Shown one piece after another: positions 17,681-26,987 of a stretch of 64,000 bases of DNA (position 1 is its first letter; the number at the start of each line of letters is the position of its first letter). Below the pieces are notes generated by a model, which did not search any database, was not told the DNA's origin, and saw only the letters and a program-made list of their open reading frames with translations. The stretch comes from an uncultured archaeon (lineage in GTDB: Archaea > Altiarchaeota > Altiarchaeia > IMC4 > SCGC-AAA252-I15), in assembly GCA_902384455.1 (NCBI GenBank), contig CABMCB010000094.1:32001-96000 (forward strand). Reading direction: 5' to 3'. The position numbers and the translations under genes were made by a program.

Positions 17681-19504
17681 TTATGTTGCCTTCGCAAGTT
17701 GTTCGTCTATGACTTGCTTGAAGTTTGCGTAGGGTTGGGCTCCGCTTAGTGCCGTGTCTCCGACGAAGAATGACGGTGTGCCGGATACTCCTACTGCTTC
17801 GGCGTCGGCTGTGTCTTTCTGTACTGTGCTTGCGTATTTTGCTGTGTCTAGGCAGTCGTTGAATTTGGCTGCGTCAAGTCCCAGGTCTGTTGCGTACTTC
17901 TTTAGTGACGCTATGTCTAGTGCGTTCTGGTTGGCGAATAGTTTGTCGTGGTATTCCCAGAACTTGCCTTGCTCGTTGGCGCATTCCGATGCTTCGGCTG
18001 CTTTTTCAGCGTTTGCGTGTAGGCTTGTTAAGGGCAGGTTTTTGAACGCTATTTTTACTTTGCCTGTGTCTACGTAGTCTTTCTTGATTGACGGGTATGT
18101 GTCTGTGAAGAACTTGCCGCAGTAGGGGCACTGGAAGTCGCTGAATTCTATTATGGTCACTTTTGCGGTTGGGCTGCCAAGTACTGGGCTGTTTCCGGCT
18201 GTTGGCGGGTGAAGGTATCTCCCTGCGCCTCCTGCTGCGCCGGCTTTAATCAGGTAGGATCCTGCGATTTGGTCTAACGCGGATGCTACTTGGGCGTAGT
18301 TGGCTGCTTTGGTTACGTTGGGGCCGAATATGTATGTGGGTATGGCGTTTATGTTGTATTTTTGTATTAGGGCTTGGCCTTCTGCGCTGTTCCATTCTAC
18401 TTGTCGGACGTTTATTGTTGGGAATATTTGTTGTCTGGTGACTGATATTACTTGGCTTGGGTCGCATGTTGTGCAGTTGCTGTCTGTGACTATTATGAAG
18501 TCGATTGGGGGGTCGTTGGTGGTGGTTGTTGTTCCGTTGTCTTGTACGCCGAGTTTTTTGTTTATTACAGTCTGGAATGCGGTGTAGGGTTGTGCTCCGA
18601 CGACTAGTTCGCCGTTGACGAGGAAGCTTGGTGTTCCTGAGACGCCTGCTTGTGTGCCTGCGGCTACGTCTGCTTGTACGGCGGATGCGTATTTGCCTGT
18701 GTCGAGGCAGCTGTTGAATTTAGCGGTGTCGAGGCCGACGTCTGCTGCGTATTTTTTGAGTGAGGTGGTGTCGAGTGCGTTTTGGTTGGTGAATAGTTTG
18801 TCGTGGTATTCCCAGAATTTGCCTTGTTCTTTGGCGCATTCAGCGGCTTCTGCCGCTTTTTGTGCGTATTGGTGGAAGCTTAGTGGGAAGTTGTGGAATT
18901 CTAGTTTTACTTTTCCTGTGTCTATGTAGTTGGTTTTGATTGATGGGAATGTTTGTGTTTCGAAGGCGCCGCAGTATGGGCATTGGAAGTCGGTGAATAT
19001 TACGATGGTCACGGGTGCGTTTGCGTTGCCTAGCACTGGTGCGCTTCCTGCGGTTGATGTTCCTGTTGAGGGTGTTGGGGTCGTTGCTGGGACTGCAGGT
19101 ATGGTTGTTGTGGGTATTATTGTGTTTGCGGGAGATGTTCCTTGGCGCATGTAAACGATGGCTCCTGCGACAAGTACGAGGACTAGGAATATTGCGACTG
19201 CTTTCCATGGGTCGGATTCCTCCTCTTTTTTCTTGGCTTTGGGGGCTTCATCGTCTTCTGACGGTTCTGCCGCGTGTTTTTTCGCCTTGGCGGCGCTTTT
19301 GTGAGCTGGGCGTTGGACTGCTTTTTCCTCAACTGGAGTTGATTCTTTGGCAGCCGTTTCCTCTGGCTCGGCGGTGTATTTTCTTTTTCGACCCCGCTTG
19401 CCTTTGGCTGGAGCCGCAGATGCGGTGTTTTCCATTTGCGTTTCTGTTTCCGTCTCAACGGAATCTGGTAGTATTTCCATTTTAGTTGGTACCTTTTCAG
19501 CCAT
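17681..19504 (-). CDS. dsbA: Membrane-anchored DsbA-family oxidoreductase with two DsbA domains and a central CxxC domain
   Basis: Two FxDFQCPYC...GVSGTPSF domains, a central CTTC motif, a single TM and a Thr-rich linker. Confidence 0.88.
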   Translation of the reverse strand: MAEKVPTKMEILPDSVETETETQMENTASAAPAKGKRGRKRKYTAEPEETAAKESTPVEEKAVQRPAHKSAAKAKKHAAEPSEDDEAPKAKKKEEESDPWKAVAIFLVLVLVAGAIVYMRQGTSPANTIIPTTTIPAVPATTPTPSTGTSTAGSAPVLGNANAPVTIVIFTDFQCPYCGAFETQTFPSIKTNYIDTGKVKLEFHNFPLSFHQYAQKAAEAAECAKEQGKFWEYHDKLFTNQNALDTTSLKKYAADVGLDTAKFNSCLDTGKYASAVQADVAAGTQAGVSGTPSFLVNGELVVGAQPYTAFQTVINKKLGVQDNGTTTTTNDPPIDFIIVTDSNCTTCDPSQVISVTRQQIFPTINVRQVEWNSAEGQALIQKYNINAIPTYIFGPNVTKAANYAQVASALDQIAGSYLIKAGAAGGAGRYLHPPTAGNSPVLGSPTAKVTIIEFSDFQCPYCGKFFTDTYPSIKKDYVDTGKVKIAFKNLPLTSLHANAEKAAEASECANEQGKFWEYHDKLFANQNALDIASLKKYATDLGLDAAKFNDCLDTAKYASTVQKDTADAEAVGVSGTPSFFVGDTALSGAQPYANFKQVIDEQLAKAT

Positions 19505-19724
19505 TCTTTCGTTAGCTTGATTTTTGATGGTTAAATTGAGATGAATTGAGCACTGGTAATTAAAAATAGATGCTTTACCGTCTCACAACATAAAACTAAT
19601 TTTTTATGGCACACACATTCGATTTTTGTATTATCACGCTGTTTTGCTGGGGGATTGGAATCCCCCTGAATTTGAAAAATATAAAAAAATAGGGAACTAA
19701 TTTTTTGCCTTATCCTCCTCGCGT

Positions 19725-19877
19725 TTATCTGCGTGGGGGGCGGTGCTTGGCGAAACATTCGCGGCAGTACACCGGTCGTCCAGCTGTTGGCTGGAATGGG
19801 ACCTGAGTCTGAATGCCGCAGTCGCTACATACGACGTCGAACATCTTTCTCGGTCCTCGGTCATCTCGGAAACCCAT
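19725..19877 (-). CDS. CxxC-x17-CxxC zinc-ribbon microprotein (50 aa; below the ORF-track cutoff)
   Basis: MGFRDDRGPRKMFDVVCSDCGIQTQVPFQPTAGRPVYCRECFAKHRPPRR, with a GAGGTGA SD upstream. Confidence 0.9.
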   Translation of the reverse strand: MGFRDDRGPRKMFDVVCSDCGIQTQVPFQPTAGRPVYCRECFAKHRPPRR

Positions 19878-20043
19878 TGCTCTCACCTCTTTCTTTTTTA
19901 CTGGCGCGAGAACGGACGACTTATACTATTCTCTAGAAAGAGAAACGCTCCGTCAAACCTATTCCTTTTGCCAACACACTCCCATATGGAGTGCGCATAG
20001 TAGTTTACTGATGGGGAGCTTAAATAGGCGTTTTTCCCCGGCT

Positions 20044-20976
20044 TTAGAGAAAATCGTTAAGCGTCGGGTTGCTTCTGCGCTTCCTGCAGATAACGTTGAA
20101 CCCGCAGTAACGTTGTTTTGCCTGCGGGCACCTTAGGCATCGACCGTCTATTTTTCCGTTGGAAAGAAGCGCCTCGCATGTTTTGTCGAATCTTTGCGAG
20201 ACGGAGTCTGCGTCTACGTCAGCGTACACTGTGAGGACGTTTTCGACAGAATTGCCAAAGCGGATTGTTGCTGTGGATTCGCCGCCGTAATTGTCGGTTA
20301 ACCCTATTTCAGATTCCTGCATTTCCTTTACGGGTTGGGGGGAGTTGTTTTCCGGGTTTTCCCCCCTTAACCGTATCTCTACGGCGGTCGTGATGTATGA
20401 TGGGTCTACGACGTCTATTTGCGTGTAGGATGCGGCGGCCGCAAGTATGTCTGATATGAGCTTTTTTTGTATGTGGAGTTGGTATATGTCGTCGGTGAAG
20501 ACGTGGGGTAGGCCTTCTTCTCCGTATAGTCTGGTTCTTGTTTTGCGTTCTGTGATTTGGATTTTTCCGTTGTTTATTGTGATTAGGTCTGGTATGCCCC
20601 ATATGGGGCGGGTGGGGCTGAAGTAGGGTAGTTCGGTGAGTGTTGGCGTTTCTTTTGTTAGTGCTGCGTTTATGAGGTTTAGGGAGTTGATTAGTGCTGC
20701 TTCTTCTGGGGGTGCTTCTTCTTTTGGCGTGGTGTCTAGTGTTTGGTGTATGCGTGTTCCTTCTTGGCTTTCTGGTGTTTCTATGCGGGCTGGTCGGTGT
20801 CCTTCTAGGATGTATCTTGCGTAGTTTGGGCAGTACATTGAGTTTTTGAGGCGGCTTACGCTTAGGTAGTTGTGGGGGTTTAGGTTTAGGTAGGCTTTTT
20901 TGAGTTCTTTTTCTATTTCGGTGAGGGTTTGGTTGTAGGGCGGGTTTTTTGTCTGTGCCTGCATGTATTGCCTCAT
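20044..20976 (-). CDS. Solo Cas4-like PD-(D/E)xK exonuclease with putative Fe-S cluster
   Basis: YCP...GTRIH...GIPD...ERK...YQL...CLRC...C. No CRISPR array or other cas genes are in the window. Confidence 0.75.
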   Translation of the reverse strand: MRQYMQAQTKNPPYNQTLTEIEKELKKAYLNLNPHNYLSVSRLKNSMYCPNYARYILEGHRPARIETPESQEGTRIHQTLDTTPKEEAPPEEAALINSLNLINAALTKETPTLTELPYFSPTRPIWGIPDLITINNGKIQITERKTRTRLYGEEGLPHVFTDDIYQLHIQKKLISDILAAAASYTQIDVVDPSYITTAVEIRLRGENPENNSPQPVKEMQESEIGLTDNYGGESTATIRFGNSVENVLTVYADVDADSVSQRFDKTCEALLSNGKIDGRCLRCPQAKQRYCGFNVICRKRRSNPTLNDFL

Positions 20977-21083
20977 GGTTGCCCTCCTTGTGCGTATTTT
21001 TTTAGTATTATGAATGCGAGTGCGGCTAGGAATGCGAATCCGACTAGTATTCGGACTAGGCGTTGTTGTTCTTCGTCGCTCAT
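20973..21083 (-). CDS. 36-aa single-TM microprotein translationally coupled to the Cas4-like gene
   Basis: MSDEEQQRLVRILVGFAFLAALAFIILKKYAQGGQP. ATGA overlap with the next start and the same A/C-rich codon usage. Confidence 0.6.
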   Translation of the reverse strand: MSDEEQQRLVRILVGFAFLAALAFIILKKYAQGGQP

Positions 21084-21132
21084 CGTTAATGAATTTTGCG
21101 GCTGGGCTAAAATGCGGTCGGTTGCTTGCAGG

Positions 21133-21498
21133 CTACAGTTTTTCAGGGTCTTGTCCTGCTGCGAGTATGCTGCATGCGTTGATTAGGCGTAGTTTTAGGG
21201 TTTTTCCTTTCGCGGATAGTTCGGGGCTTTCTACGCCGGGGTTCACGTACACTAGGCCTACTTTTTTTTCCGCTATCTGGTCGAGCGCTAATACGGCGGC
21301 GGATGGCGGCAGGTATAGTGTGGCAACGTCTACGTTTACGGGGATTTCGGATATGCTTTTGTAGCAGCGTATGCCTTCTATTTCGTTTTCTTTGGGGTTT
21401 ACGGGGTATACAGAATGGCCGGCCGCAATCCAGGCGCGTACTGCTTTGTTTCCGTATTTTTTCCTGTCTGCGCTTGCGCCTATGACCGCGACGTTCAT
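21133..21498 (-). CDS. CoA-binding protein (YccU-like)
   Basis: VAVIGASADRKKYGN...VYPVNPK...NPG...NACS. Confidence 0.9.
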   Translation of the reverse strand: MNVAVIGASADRKKYGNKAVRAWIAAGHSVYPVNPKENEIEGIRCYKSISEIPVNVDVATLYLPPSAAVLALDQIAEKKVGLVYVNPGVESPELSAKGKTLKLRLINACSILAAGQDPEKL

Positions 21499-21737
21499 TC
21501 GGCTAGTTCTTCTTCTATTGCTTGCCGGTCGAATCCTACTATTATTTTCCCGTTTATGTCCAGTACGGGGACGCCCATTTGACCGCTTTTCTCGAACATT
21601 TCGGTCGCCCCTTTTTCGTCGGACGAGACGTCCACTTCCTTGTAGGCGACTTTCTTCTGTTTCAGAAGATCACGTGCTTTATGACACCACGGGCACGAAG
21701 GCGTCGCATAAATAGTTATTTGAATGTTTTTTGCCAT
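21495..21737 (-). CDS. Glutaredoxin-like protein (NrdH/YruB type)
   Basis: CPWC and SGQMGVPV...IVGFD. Confidence 0.9.
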   Translation of the reverse strand: MAKNIQITIYATPSCPWCHKARDLLKQKKVAYKEVDVSSDEKGATEMFEKSGQMGVPVLDINGKIIVGFDRQAIEEELAE

Positions 21738-21786
21738 TTCACCACCCTTGCTTAGGGATTGGAACGAGGGGATTTAAATGGCGGGA

Positions 21787-22305
21787 CTATTTTTTCTTCT
21801 TTATCGTTTCCGTAAGCGCCAAAAGGCCTTTGAGTATTTCCGTCGGAGTCGGGGGGTTGCCGGGTATTTTAGCGTCCACGGGGAGTATTTTGTCGGCTCC
21901 GCCGAGGACGGCGTATGAGTCTTTGAATATGCCTCCGTCGCATGCGTCGTCTCCGACTGCGATTACGAATTTGGGGTTTGGCATCGCATCGTAAGTTTTT
22001 TTGGCGGCAATAGCCATGTTATGGGTGATGGGGCCTGTGACAACCAGGACGTCGGCGTGCCGCGGGGAGGCGACGAATGTTATGCCGAACCGTTCGACGT
22101 CGTAGTAGGGTGTTGTAAGGTTTACGAGCTCTATTTCAGGGGAGTTGTCGCTTCCTGTGTCCAGTTCGCGGAGGGCTAGGCTTCTCCCGAAGATGGCGTC
22201 TACTTCCTTTCGCAGCTTGATTCCGACGGCATCAAATTCTTCGTCTGTGAACGTGAAGTTTTTTGTCGACTTTGGTGTAACTATGTTTTTGAGTGGGTTC
22301 GCCAT
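21787..22305 (-). CDS. hyfI: Ehr/Hyf small subunit (NuoB/HyfI-like) lacking the canonical Fe-S cysteines
   Basis: YDVERFGITFVASPRHADVLVVTGP core is present, but GSDNSP, GDDA and PGNPP replace GSCNGC, GxCA and PGCPP. Confidence 0.85.
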   Translation of the reverse strand: MANPLKNIVTPKSTKNFTFTDEEFDAVGIKLRKEVDAIFGRSLALRELDTGSDNSPEIELVNLTTPYYDVERFGITFVASPRHADVLVVTGPITHNMAIAAKKTYDAMPNPKFVIAVGDDACDGGIFKDSYAVLGGADKILPVDAKIPGNPPTPTEILKGLLALTETIKKKK

Positions 22306-22315
22306 TGTTTTTTCC

Positions 22316-23893
22316 TCACAGGTCCGTTCCCGCGTACGACAGGTTCAGGCTTTTATTGATTAAGGGGAAATCGGGCACGATGTTGCCCAAAACCGCATGC
22401 TCTATGGCCTGCCAGTTGCAAAACGACGCCGTCCGCACTTTGTAGCGGTCGATGCGACCGTCTTTTATTCGCACCCAATGCAGGTTTTGGCCTCTTGGCG
22501 CTTCTATTAGGGATAGTGCGCTGCCGTCTGCGGGCTTGAGCGTAGTGTGGATGGCTTTGTTTTCGGGTATCCTGCAGATTAGTTTTTGTATTATGGCGGA
22601 GGAGTCATGTATTTCCGCCGCTTTGACTTCGAACCTAGACAGGACGTCGCCTTCTTCCCTCGTCCGCTTTTGCAGGTGCAGCTTGGGGTAGAGGCCGTAG
22701 GGGTGGTCTATTCGGGTGTCTACTTGTGCGCCTGATGCGCGGGCGGCTGGTCCGGTTATGTTAAGGGGTTCGATAAGCTCTTTTTTGATTACGCCCGTGC
22801 GCTCCAGGCGGTCTATGACTGATGTGGATGAGCGGATTGCGTTTACCGCTTCAGTGAATTTGCCGGAGAATTCCTCGAGGTAGTCTGAGAATTCGGTGAG
22901 CGATTCGTCGGGGATGTTTTTTGTGAGGCCGCCTGTTGTGATTATGTCGCGTAGGAAGCGGGAGCCGGTTAGTTTTTGGTTTTGTTGTAGTGTTTGTTCG
23001 CGTAGGATGAAGAAGGGGCTTGCGCCTGCTGGGTATGCGACGTCTATTATCATTCCGGCCATGTCGCCAAGGTGGGAGTAGATGCGTTCTGTTTCCAGCA
23101 GTATTGTTCGTATGTGCCATGCTCTTTCGGGTGCGTTTGTGTCGGTTATTTTTTCTATGGCGTTGCAGTAGGCGGTTGTGTTTGCGGCGGTTTCGTCGCC
23201 GCTTATGGCTTGGGCTATTTTGACGGATTCTTGTGGTGTTTTTCCTTCGGCTAGTTTTTCTATGCCTCGGTGTTTGTAGAACATCCGGATTTCGAGGTTG
23301 AATATTGTTTCGCCTATTACGCTGAATCTGAAGTGGCCTGGTTCTATTATGCCTGCGTGTACTGGGCCGACGGGTATTTGGTATACTCCTTCTCCGTGTA
23401 CTTGTTTGAAGGGGTATTCGTCGGCTGCGTTGTTTTTTGTGTTTGTTGTTATTGGTCCGTTTTTGATTGTTTTTAGTAGGGGGTGGAAGTCGTTGGGGTA
23501 TGTTTCGTGTAGGAATAGGCGGCGGATGTCGAATGCGTTTTTGAATTTGATGCCGAATCCGTCTGTGATTTCTCGTTCGTACCAGCAGGCGGCGGGGAAT
23601 GTTTCGGCTATTGATTGGGCTGTTGTGTTTTTTAGTGGTATTTGGATTGTGAGGGTGTGTGGTTGGTGGCGTCGTTCGAAGACGTAGTGTAATGTGAATC
23701 CTTTTTTTGTGTCGGTTTCTTGTGTGCAGAATAGGGCTATTAGGATGAAGCCTTTTTGAGCGATGGCTGGAAGCGTCTCTTCCATCTCTTCTTCGCTGAG
23801 GGTTATGGCGATTTCTTGGCTGCGTCCGTCGGTGGCCAATTCGGCTTTTTTGTTGCCGAATATGCCGTTCAGTTCTGCTCGTAGTTCGTCCAT
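22316..23893 (-). CDS. hyfG: Ehr/Hyf large subunit (fused NuoC-NuoD, HycE/HyfG-like) without Ni-binding CxxC motifs
   Basis: WYEREI, GPVHAGIIEPGHFRF, YKHRGIEK, EAPRG. The C-terminus is NLSYAGTDL instead of DPCxxC. Confidence 0.88.
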   Translation of the reverse strand: MDELRAELNGIFGNKKAELATDGRSQEIAITLSEEEMEETLPAIAQKGFILIALFCTQETDTKKGFTLHYVFERRHQPHTLTIQIPLKNTTAQSIAETFPAACWYEREITDGFGIKFKNAFDIRRLFLHETYPNDFHPLLKTIKNGPITTNTKNNAADEYPFKQVHGEGVYQIPVGPVHAGIIEPGHFRFSVIGETIFNLEIRMFYKHRGIEKLAEGKTPQESVKIAQAISGDETAANTTAYCNAIEKITDTNAPERAWHIRTILLETERIYSHLGDMAGMIIDVAYPAGASPFFILREQTLQQNQKLTGSRFLRDIITTGGLTKNIPDESLTEFSDYLEEFSGKFTEAVNAIRSSTSVIDRLERTGVIKKELIEPLNITGPAARASGAQVDTRIDHPYGLYPKLHLQKRTREEGDVLSRFEVKAAEIHDSSAIIQKLICRIPENKAIHTTLKPADGSALSLIEAPRGQNLHWVRIKDGRIDRYKVRTASFCNWQAIEHAVLGNIVPDFPLINKSLNLSYAGTDL

Positions 23894-23897
23894 TTGT

Positions 23898-25355
23898 TTA
23901 CACCCCCACGTCGGCGACGATGCGCGTTAGTAACGAAGTAAGCCATGCGGGGAAGTATATTCCCAGCACGAATATGAGTATGAGCAATGCTACAATAGGC
24001 ATTTCCATGCCTATGTGCACCTGGTATTTCTTTGATGAAGCGACGTTTTTCTCCTCTATCTGAGAGAACATTTTGGTGAGCACAAGGGCGAATGATGACG
24101 CTGCCGCAACCAGCAGTATGAGTAGGATAAGCAGGAGTCCTGTGGATGCGTTCCCCGCCTGCAGCAGGATGGACAGCTTGGACATGAATATCATGAATGG
24201 CGGCATTCCAGCTATTGCGGCGCTGCCAAGCATCATGCCCAATGATGCGAGGGGTTGCAGCTTAAGCGCATTCTCCATTTTTTCCACGCGGTTGCTTTGG
24301 TACTGCTGGTGGAGTATTCCCGCTGAGAAGAATAGCAGCGCCTTTGTGAGCGCGTGAGCTAGGACGTGGTAGAGGACCCAGAATAGGGCTATTGGAGTGC
24401 CTATGCCTATGCCCACCAGCATTATGCCCATATGTTCTATGCTGGAGAAAGCGATGAGTTTCTTGAGGTTTCTCTGCGTTAGCATGCTGAATGCCGCAAT
24501 GAAAATGCTGAGCATGCCGAAAAATAGGAGTATCTTGGTGAAGGGGATTATTGCTGGCGTTTGCCTTACTATGGCCGTAAGCCGCAGTATCCCGTAGACG
24601 CCTATGTTGAGTAGTACCGCAGAGAGCACGGCGCTTATCGCAGATGGGGCTCGTGAGTGGGCGTGCGGAAGCCAGGTGTGGAATGGGGCTATCCCGGATT
24701 TGGCGGCAAACCCTATGAAAACAAAGACGGCGGCGGCCGCAAGTAGTGTGGGAGGGAACTCTTTGGCGTGCGCTGTGATGTCGCTTAGGTTTAGTGTTCC
24801 TGCGGCAAGCGTGTGCTGCGTAAGCGCGAAAAAGAGTATGATGCCGATGAACGAGAAGAGCATTGCAATCGACGTTACAAATATGTATTTGAGGGAGGCG
24901 TCGATGTTCTTGGTGGAGTTGAGGATGGCGATAAGCAGCGCGGAAACGAATGTAGTCAGCTCCGCGAAAATCCAAAAGAGCGCCAGATTGTTTGAGGAAA
25001 ACACAAGAACAGTCAGCAGCATCAGTATGTTGTATGCGATGTAGAACACCTGCATGTCCCTTTTGTCGAGCTCCTGATGCTGTATCATCCCCTTTATGTA
25101 CCCCTTCAGGTACACGGCCGCAAGTAGGAACACCGTTCCCGCAATCAGTATTTCGTAAGCGGCTAGGTGGTCTATTAGGAGGTCTTTGTTTTCTAGGTAA
25201 GTGAGGGGTAGGTTTCCTTGGAAGGCGATAATCGCCGTTATCATCGCTCCCGCGGCGTTCATAACGGTCAGGATGTTCATTATCCGGTGCGACCTCGCAA
25301 CGGACACTACCGAGGAGACCAGCAGACTGAAAACCACGTAGTATATGAGTATCAT
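23898..25355 (-). CDS. hyfF: HyfF-like proton-translocating antiporter subunit
   Basis: WIFAELTT, KSGIAPFHTWLPHAHS, AFSSIEHMG. Confidence 0.88.
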   Translation of the reverse strand: MILIYYVVFSLLVSSVVSVARSHRIMNILTVMNAAGAMITAIIAFQGNLPLTYLENKDLLIDHLAAYEILIAGTVFLLAAVYLKGYIKGMIQHQELDKRDMQVFYIAYNILMLLTVLVFSSNNLALFWIFAELTTFVSALLIAILNSTKNIDASLKYIFVTSIAMLFSFIGIILFFALTQHTLAAGTLNLSDITAHAKEFPPTLLAAAAVFVFIGFAAKSGIAPFHTWLPHAHSRAPSAISAVLSAVLLNIGVYGILRLTAIVRQTPAIIPFTKILLFFGMLSIFIAAFSMLTQRNLKKLIAFSSIEHMGIMLVGIGIGTPIALFWVLYHVLAHALTKALLFFSAGILHQQYQSNRVEKMENALKLQPLASLGMMLGSAAIAGMPPFMIFMSKLSILLQAGNASTGLLLILLILLVAAASSFALVLTKMFSQIEEKNVASSKKYQVHIGMEMPIVALLILIFVLGIYFPAWLTSLLTRIVADVGV

Positions 25356-25356
25356 C

Positions 25357-26040
25357 TTAATCCTCCTCCTTAGACCACCCGTGGAAAGGGTGAAGCCGCA
25401 TATGGAATTCCTCGATGCTCGAGTCTATGCCTATAGTGAGTATCAACGCAAGCAGCACAAGGATGAACAGGTCAATCATAATCAAAACCTCCACGATGAA
25501 AGGAAGCTCGGCCAAAAATAAACTGAAAAGTAGGACGCCGTTCTCCATCACCAAGTACCCGATGATTTTGGTGACAAGCTTCTTGCGGCTGACAGCCACC
25601 ATCATGCCCATTAACGTAAGCGAGACGCCGAATACTGCGCCAAGGTAAAATAGGTTGCTTAAGGCCAGTTCACGGATGATCTCGGAAAAAGCCGTATAGA
25701 CCAGCAGGATGAGTATTATGGTGGCAACCAAAGAGCGCGCAGGAGTGAAATAATGAAACTCAAGGTCCCGTTTTATGCGCATCTCCCTCTGAATGCTGCG
25801 CATTACGTACGGAATCAGTATGACCTTGCTTATGAGAGTTAGAGCGGCAAGGTACAGAAGAACCGAACTTCCATCCAACAGGTAAAGGAATACGGCCGCA
25901 AGCACCAGAAGGAATGACTGTGCGGCATATGTGGAGACTAGCGAGAATAGGTCTCGTCTGGTGACGACTAATGCGCCTGTGATGAACGTGAGTGCTAGAA
26001 GTACTTTAATCCATTCTGTTAGTAGCAGCGGGTCGATCAT
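25357..26040 (-). CDS. hyfE: HyfE-like membrane subunit
   Basis: YAAQS, KVILIP, GYLVMENG, PFIVE; operon context. Confidence 0.85.
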   Translation of the reverse strand: MIDPLLLTEWIKVLLALTFITGALVVTRRDLFSLVSTYAAQSFLLVLAAVFLYLLDGSSVLLYLAALTLISKVILIPYVMRSIQREMRIKRDLEFHYFTPARSLVATIILILLVYTAFSEIIRELALSNLFYLGAVFGVSLTLMGMMVAVSRKKLVTKIIGYLVMENGVLLFSLFLAELPFIVEVLIMIDLFILVLLALILTIGIDSSIEEFHMRLHPFHGWSKEED

Positions 26041-26987
26041 TTGAAGACCTCCAGGAATAGTGTGAGGACTGAAAAGAAGAATGCGGTCATGAACACGTTA
26101 GGCAGGTTGAATAGGCGCAATTTGGCTATTGACGACTCGACGACTCCTATGGCGAACGCAAGCACAGCGCCCTTAACAAGGAAGCTTAATGCGCCGACTG
26201 CTATTCCCACGAGCGTCGCATCTGAGGATAGGCCCCATGGTACGAGGAGGTTTATGAATATACCCATTAGTAGGGTCTGTTTTACTGCGTGGGAAAGTTC
26301 CATGAGAGCAAGGTCGCTGCCGGATAGTTCCAGAATCATGGCTTCATGTATCATGGTGAGCTCAAGGTGTGTTTCGGGGTTGTCTACAGGTATCCGCGCA
26401 GTTTCCGTGATTAGGACGATAAACAGTGGAATAGAGATTAGGATAAATGCGGGGTCCATGAAGAAGCCGGTTCCTGCCGTCGCCCTAAACATCTCATGGA
26501 AGTTGGTGGTATGCAGTATGAACGCAAGCGCGGTGAAAACCATGACGGTAATCGGCTCTATTACCGCGGAGATGCTCATCTCCCGTGAGCTTCCCATCCC
26601 CCCGAATGTGCTTCCTGCGTCCAAACCCGCAAGAGCCATGAAAAACCGCGCGAGCGCCAGCAGGTACAGGAACAGTATGACGTTTCCTATGCCGTCGACA
26701 GGCGAAGGAACGAAAGCGAGGGGCACGAAAAGTGCGGCAACTACCATCGCTATTATGCTAACGTAAGGTGTTGCCCGCATAATCCACGACGCGTTTGAGG
26801 AGTACACCCGCTCTTTCCTCATCAATTTCGCAATGCTATAGTACTGCTGAAGAAGCGGCGGACCCCTGCGCCTTTGGGCGTACGCCTTGACCTTCTTTAT
26901 GAGCCCCATGAACAGCGGAGAAACCAATAAAGCCACCGCCACGTTCACTATACAGTATAGTACGAAGGAGCCGGTCACAGGTACCAC
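26037..26987 (-). CDS. hyfC: HyfC/NuoH-like membrane subunit
   Basis: RRGPPLLQ, GLDAGSTFGGMGSSRE, ETARIPVDNPETHLELTMIHEAM. Confidence 0.9.
   Translation of the reverse strand: MVPVTGSFVLYCIVNVAVALLVSPLFMGLIKKVKAYAQRRRGPPLLQQYYSIAKLMRKERVYSSNASWIMRATPYVSIIAMVVAALFVPLAFVPSPVDGIGNVILFLYLLALARFFMALAGLDAGSTFGGMGSSREMSISAVIEPITVMVFTALAFILHTTNFHEMFRATAGTGFFMDPAFILISIPLFIVLITETARIPVDNPETHLELTMIHEAMILELSGSDLALMELSHAVKQTLLMGIFINLLVPWGLSSDATLVGIAVGALSFLVKGAVLAFAIGVVESSIAKLRLFNLPNVFMTAFFFSVLTLFLEVFK

Noticed and set aside
20044-20976. Cas4 as evidence of a CRISPR-Cas locus
   Set aside because: No repeat-spacer array and no other cas genes were found in the window.
21787-23893. Functional [NiFe]-hydrogenase, or selenocysteine replacing the missing Cys
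   Set aside because: The Ni ligands are absent, no maturation genes are in the window, and the substituted positions are sense codons (Asp/Pro/Asn), not TGA.
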